A stretch of 63,988 nucleotides of DNA, the filler included, from an uncultured bacterium (GTDB lineage: Bacteria; CAZSTA01): NCBI GenBank assembly GCA_964609495.1. It is 4 parts of 4 records of this genome, joined end to end, with 100 filler letters (N's around TTAATTAATTAA, not from the genome) between each part and the next. Parts side by side here need not be neighbours in the genome. Positions count along the whole stretch, not along the records: positions 57,513 to 63,988 come from CAZSTA010000201.1; 3 more parts are not named here. One strand, written 5' to 3'. How positions within the stretch are numbered: position 1 is the stretch's first letter; each line of letters begins with the position of its first letter. Below are positions 59,857 to 63,988 of the stretch, in pieces. The notes beneath the pieces are model-generated. The model was not told the DNA's origin, made no database searches, and saw only the letters and a program-made list of their open reading frames with translations. The position numbers and the translations under genes were made by a program.

Positions 59857-61020
59857 ATGTCCTCAGAATTAGAGAAGATAGCAGAATCCAAGGAAAGGAG
59901 AAGACATCTTAAGGAGAGGATAGACGCTTGGCGAGCTTTAGGATACAATGTCTCTGGAATCGAGAACTCCTTAGATGCTTCTCTCAAGGAGGCAGAGGTT
60001 AATATCTCGCTCTTTGCCAATAAGATCGAGCGGTTATGGTCGATCTGGGAGAATTTACGAGATATGAATACTACGGGCTTCGAGATCGAAGCTGAAGCGA
60101 TAGTGTCCGAATTACTCGACCCAGATAAGCTCTCCGAGGTTGAAAGAAGATTCTCCAAGCTGAAAGAGAGGATAGAACGAAGAAGAAGGGAGCTGGATCT
60201 ACCCTTAGAGGGGTTCGAGTTCGATAATTTCGTCTTGGGGCAGAGCAACTTCGTGGCTGGTTCGATATGTCAGGAGATCGCGGAATTCCCTTCTCAGAGA
60301 TATAACCCTCTCTTTCTCCATGGTAGCCGAGGATTGGGGAAGACTCATCTTTTAAATGCGATAGGAAATTTTATCCTCAAGCGCAAGGCAGACCTCAAGG
60401 TGCTTTATATAGATGCCTCCGAGCTAAATAATAATTTAAGACCCCACCTTGAAAGTCGATATTCCTTAGTTGATGTGCTTCTACTCGACGATCTTCAGAA
60501 GTTAGAGGCGAGGAAAAATATCCAAGATTCACTACTAAGGATATTGGAGATCCTGCTTCGCAGTCATCATCAGATAGTTGTCTCCGCGGATAGTAGCCCT
60601 TGGGAGCTTGAAAATTGCCGAACGAAGCTCAAGGAGTTATTAGCGAGTGATATGGTTGTTAATCTTCAGCCCCCAGAACTGGAGACAAGAATGATGATAC
60701 TAAGGAATATAGCTGAGAAAAAGAGGATCGAGGTCTCCGAAAATCAGTTGTTGAGTATAGCTGAGAGGTTCAGCACTAACATCGCTTCTCTTAAAGAAGC
60801 TCTATTAAAAGGTCCACATATCACTTCCTCAGTCAGTATAGATAAGGGAGGGATAATCTCCTCCTCGCCCCCCTCTATATCGAATAGTGATGACCATCAA
60901 GATGATATTGAAATAGTGAGTATTATCGAACAGATACTGGAGAAGGAAAGTGTTGAGAGAAGGGAGAGATTAGTAGAGGAGTGGAGACTAGAGGAGGAAA
61001 GATTGGAGATGAATTGGTAG
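59857..61020 (+). CDS. DnaA-like AAA+ domain protein lacking the DNA-binding domain IV
   Basis: FDNFV.G.SN, YNPLFLHG..GLGKTHLL.AIGN, LLLDD.Q, PPELETR..IL; coiled-coil N-terminus. Confidence 0.8.
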   Translation: MSSELEKIAESKERRRHLKERIDAWRALGYNVSGIENSLDASLKEAEVNISLFANKIERLWSIWENLRDMNTTGFEIEAEAIVSELLDPDKLSEVERRFSKLKERIERRRRELDLPLEGFEFDNFVLGQSNFVAGSICQEIAEFPSQRYNPLFLHGSRGLGKTHLLNAIGNFILKRKADLKVLYIDASELNNNLRPHLESRYSLVDVLLLDDLQKLEARKNIQDSLLRILEILLRSHHQIVVSADSSPWELENCRTKLKELLASDMVVNLQPPELETRMMILRNIAEKKRIEVSENQLLSIAERFSTNIASLKEALLKGPHITSSVSIDKGGIISSSPPSISNSDDHQDDIEIVSIIEQILEKESVERRERLVEEWRLEEERLEMNW

Positions 61021-61037
61021 GCTGGGGTGATGAAGTT

Positions 61038-62495
61038 ATGGCGATCAAAGGATATTTGAGGGAAGCCAATCTATTCGATGTTCTTCAGATGCTCTCTTTG
61101 GGACAAAAGACGGGGAAATTAAGCTTAGTTGAAGGCAAGAATTTAGGGGACGTCTACTTTAAAGATGGCAAGATAATATACGCCCTTCTTAATAACCAAG
61201 AACCCACCACCCCCCAGGATATCGAAGAGATAATATATACCCTAATGGATTGGAAGGATGGTTCCTTCAATTTTGAGCCAGATCATATGCCTCCCGAGAT
61301 TAACTTTTCCCCCCTCGATCTTGGATTTATTATATTAGAGGGAGCTAAAAGGATAGATGAATGGGAGATTATAAGGGAGAGCCTCCCCTCATTAGATATA
61401 GTATTTGATCGGGTAGAGGAGGAGAGTGAAAAGGAGGAGGTTATTCTCTCGGAGGAAGAAAGGGAGGTGTTAGATCTTGTAGATGGATATAGGGATGCAA
61501 GGAATATAATTGAGGTAAGTGGGTATAGTGAGTTCGAGGTATGTCGAGCGCTATCAAAGATGCTAAAGTATAACTTGATCGAAAACGTGAGAATAAGGAA
61601 GGAGAGAATATTCAGCAATATCAGGGAATTAGAGGAACATAAGAACCTGGGTATCGCTTTCCTCCTGGCAGAGAGATATAATGATGCTCTTGAAGAGTAT
61701 GAGAGAATCCTCAAAATTGATCCCAATAATTCCGAGGCGAGATTCTATCTAGCTTTAACCTTCTATAAGCAGGGCGATTATGAGAGAGCCATTAAGGAAT
61801 ATGAAAGAGCCCTCAAATTCAGCGTTAAGAAGGATAAAATATATAATAATCTAGGGCTAGCTTGGGAGAAAAAGGGCCACCTTGATAAGGCGTCCAACAA
61901 CTATAGAAAGGCGGTAGAACTCGATTCGGAGTGTTATAAGGGATATAACAACCTCGGTCGGATAGATTATCTTAGAGGTGATTACGAAGAGGCTATAGAA
62001 AACTATAGAAAAGCGCTTGCTCTTAAACCCGATCTCAGCGAGTCCTACTTCTACTTAGGGCTGATATGCTACAAAAAGGGACTCAATAGCGAAGCTATAA
62101 AGATGTATCAAAAAGCTAGAGAGATAAGTGATGAGATAGCTGAGTTACACAGTAACTTAGGATATGCTTTAGAGAGAGAGGGGCGTTTAGATGAAGCTAG
62201 GCGAGAGTACGAAAGCGCTTGTTCGCTCGATCCAGATTTAATCCAAGCTCATAATAATCTGGGGAATATCTACTATCGCAATGGAGCTTATGATAAAGCG
62301 GTAGCCAAGTTTATAAAGGGGATCGAATTGGCAGGTTCGCAGACCATAGAGGCTCACTATAAACTAGGAAACATATACTACAAACGAGGGATGAAGGAAG
62401 AGGCTATAACCGAGTGGGAGAAAGCCTTGAAGATAGACTTAGCCCATGGCGAATCTCAAGAGAAGTTGAAAAGGGCTATTGAGAGAATTAAATGA
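61038..62495 (+). CDS. DUF4388 (PatA-N-like) plus TPR protein
   Basis: IKG.L....L.DVLQML..GQKTG.L, F..G.I.YA, W.DG.F.F, EGAKRIDEW, then about 8 TPRs. Confidence 0.85.
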   Translation: MAIKGYLREANLFDVLQMLSLGQKTGKLSLVEGKNLGDVYFKDGKIIYALLNNQEPTTPQDIEEIIYTLMDWKDGSFNFEPDHMPPEINFSPLDLGFIILEGAKRIDEWEIIRESLPSLDIVFDRVEEESEKEEVILSEEEREVLDLVDGYRDARNIIEVSGYSEFEVCRALSKMLKYNLIENVRIRKERIFSNIRELEEHKNLGIAFLLAERYNDALEEYERILKIDPNNSEARFYLALTFYKQGDYERAIKEYERALKFSVKKDKIYNNLGLAWEKKGHLDKASNNYRKAVELDSECYKGYNNLGRIDYLRGDYEEAIENYRKALALKPDLSESYFYLGLICYKKGLNSEAIKMYQKAREISDEIAELHSNLGYALEREGRLDEARREYESACSLDPDLIQAHNNLGNIYYRNGAYDKAVAKFIKGIELAGSQTIEAHYKLGNIYYKRGMKEEAITEWEKALKIDLAHGESQEKLKRAIERIK

Positions 62496-62556
62496 TGATC
62501 CGAGATAAAATTTTATAGTATTTGACAAATTAAGTAGTTTCAAAATTTCCTATCGG

Positions 62557-62775
62557 AGATGTTCGAGATCGGATTAGATCTTGAACTCTCACTAAATCAC
62601 CCCCCTCTTGGTCTTTGAGCAGATAATCGGAGTATCATATTCTTAGTTTTTTACTAATGGGTTTAAGATATAATTTCCCCTCTCCCTTCGCGGGAGAGGG
62701 AACATCGAGATAAGCTCGATCTATTTAGTTCCCCCTCCCTTGACGGGAGGGTGATTTAAGGTGGATTCGAGATCT
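62557..62775. repeat. REP/BIME-like palindromic repeat, copy F, with inverted flank
   Basis: CCCTCTCCC-TTCGC-GGGAGAGGG and CCCTCCC-TTGAC-GGGAGGGTGATTTAAG; 62557-62602 is the reverse complement of the flank of copy E. Confidence 0.8.
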
Positions 62776-62965
62776 AACAGGAGAAAAACCCTCAATAGTC
62801 CTATTAATTCGGCAAAGACCAAGAGGCAAAGGTAGTTCATAGTATTTGACAAATTAGTCGGATTATAGAATCGTGCCAAAAAACCCGAGGCTTGCCTCGG
62901 GGAGCGGCACGCTTATCTATGATATTAATAAATCGAAGGGAGGATGCTTCCCCTCGGAATAAGAT

Positions 62966-63988
62966 ATGGAATTAAAAGTCTTCAAAAAGATAATGTTGAA
63001 TAATGTTATAGGGGCTATTATCGCCACGCCAATGGCTATCTATTATGTCGCGACCTATCCCTATCTTAATCCTGCTCAGCTTCGTCACTTCCTCTTCTTT
63101 GCTCTGCTAATAGTAGTTCCTGGGGAGTTAATAGCTAACTTTATCATCTTCAGAAGAATAATCAAGCCCATAGATATGTTTCTCAACCTAGGTGAGGAGG
63201 AGGAGTTAGATGAGGATTGGACGATAAATATCCAGATAAGAGCTTTAAATCTCCCTCTCACCTTATCATTAACTATCTTAATCACGGTAGGAATAGGGAT
63301 CCTCGGTGGCATAACTTATATGATCGCCGTAGCCAGGATCACAATAGGGGCTAGTCTAAGCATCCTTTTCGGTTGCTCTTTGATGTTGATTCTTCTTATC
63401 CTATACAGCCTACTCACCGATGAACGTATCCTAGAGCCTATCCTCCTCGAAATATCCAGTCGGAGGAAGACGAAACGAGAATTGCCTTCCGAGAGAATCA
63501 TTCGTTTTGATATCCAAGTTAGACTACTCTCTGTCTTTCTAGCAGTTGTATTTCTTCCCCTAGTTAATTTAGGTCTCCTTTCCTATCATCGCGTCGATAT
63601 ATCGTTACGGAAGACGGTTGGAGATGAATTAAGCTCGCTCTCAGCTCAACTGGGACGAGAATTAGAGTCGCTTGAGGCTCATAATATAGGGGAGGAAGAG
63701 CTCTCAGAGGCTCTGAAGGGAAGATTCGAGGACTTTAAAAACGAGGTGTTCATCTTCAATTCTCAAGAGGAGAGGGTCTATGCCTCATCTCCTGAGCTCA
63801 CTCTTCTGCTAACCAAGGAATTATATGGTAAAGGTTTGACCCCCTATGAAAAACCTATGAAACTTGACGACAACTCCTTTATTCTGAAGACGGGCAGTAA
63901 AGAGTACATCGTTGGTATCGCTCCCTCTCCCCAAAACCGCTGGACCGTGATCCAAGCTAGACCTTTATTATCCCTCCAACAAGAGATA
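62966..63988 (+). CDS. multi-TM membrane sensor with Cache-like domain (3' partial; MCP, kinase or cyclase)
   Basis: translated by hand: open frame MELKVFKK... to the window end with about 5 hydrophobic helices, then IFNSQEERVYAS...EYIVGIAP...RWTVIQARP. Confidence 0.7.
   Translation, partial: MELKVFKKIMLNNVIGAIIATPMAIYYVATYPYLNPAQLRHFLFFALLIVVPGELIANFIIFRRIIKPIDMFLNLGEEEELDEDWTINIQIRALNLPLTLSLTILITVGIGILGGITYMIAVARITIGASLSILFGCSLMLILLILYSLLTDERILEPILLEISSRRKTKRELPSERIIRFDIQVRLLSVFLAVVFLPLVNLGLLSYHRVDISLRKTVGDELSSLSAQLGRELESLEAHNIGEEELSEALKGRFEDFKNEVFIFNSQEERVYASSPELTLLLTKELYGKGLTPYEKPMKLDDNSFILKTGSKEYIVGIAPSPQNRWTVIQARPLLSLQQEI

Noticed and set aside
59857-61020. Call as the true chromosomal initiator dnaA or an oriC region
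   Set aside because: No domain IV, no sensor II or arginine-finger Arg, no dnaN neighbour and no DnaA-box cluster seen.

Overview
Bacterial draft-genome sequence from a probable anaerobic, sugar-fermenting, uncultured lineage. It consists of four contigs joined by artificial N/TTAATTAATTAA/N linkers (19491-19590, 38885-38984, 57413-57512), so synteny across the linkers means nothing. Contig 1 holds a sugar/inositol-type catabolic cluster (iolB, TIM-barrel isomerases, SIS protein, Gfo/Idh/MocA), fumarase alpha, an M16 peptidase, a GH172, a ChrB_N-MFS pair with a tandem operator, and a divergent locus. That locus pairs a membrane protein ending in a 10-Cys (CA)n tail with an RRE/PqqD-radical SAM/SPASM enzyme, DUF2225 and a small Zn-ribbon protein. 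It is the best candidate for an undescribed system. Contig 2 holds rtcB-archease-gyrA-[MTase, toxin-antitoxin islet flanked by a 102-bp gyrB 3' duplication]-gyrB, hflX-hfq-miaA-mutL, a dapA-like gene, a pduS-like gene and a larA-family gene. Contig 3 holds a GH172, flxCBA-like genes, a sugar ABC transporter with a UroD-family enzyme, alkD, an SDR, a GH13, a Thr-type sulfatase, rsmD-recG-rpmB and a gdh fragment. Contig 4 holds a TPR-cheY-cheC-(IscB omegaRNA-like remnant)-degenerate DnaA-like ATPase-DUF4388/TPR-sensor cluster. A composite palindromic repeat family recurs in intergenic regions. All calls come from motif recognition by eye; no database search was run.
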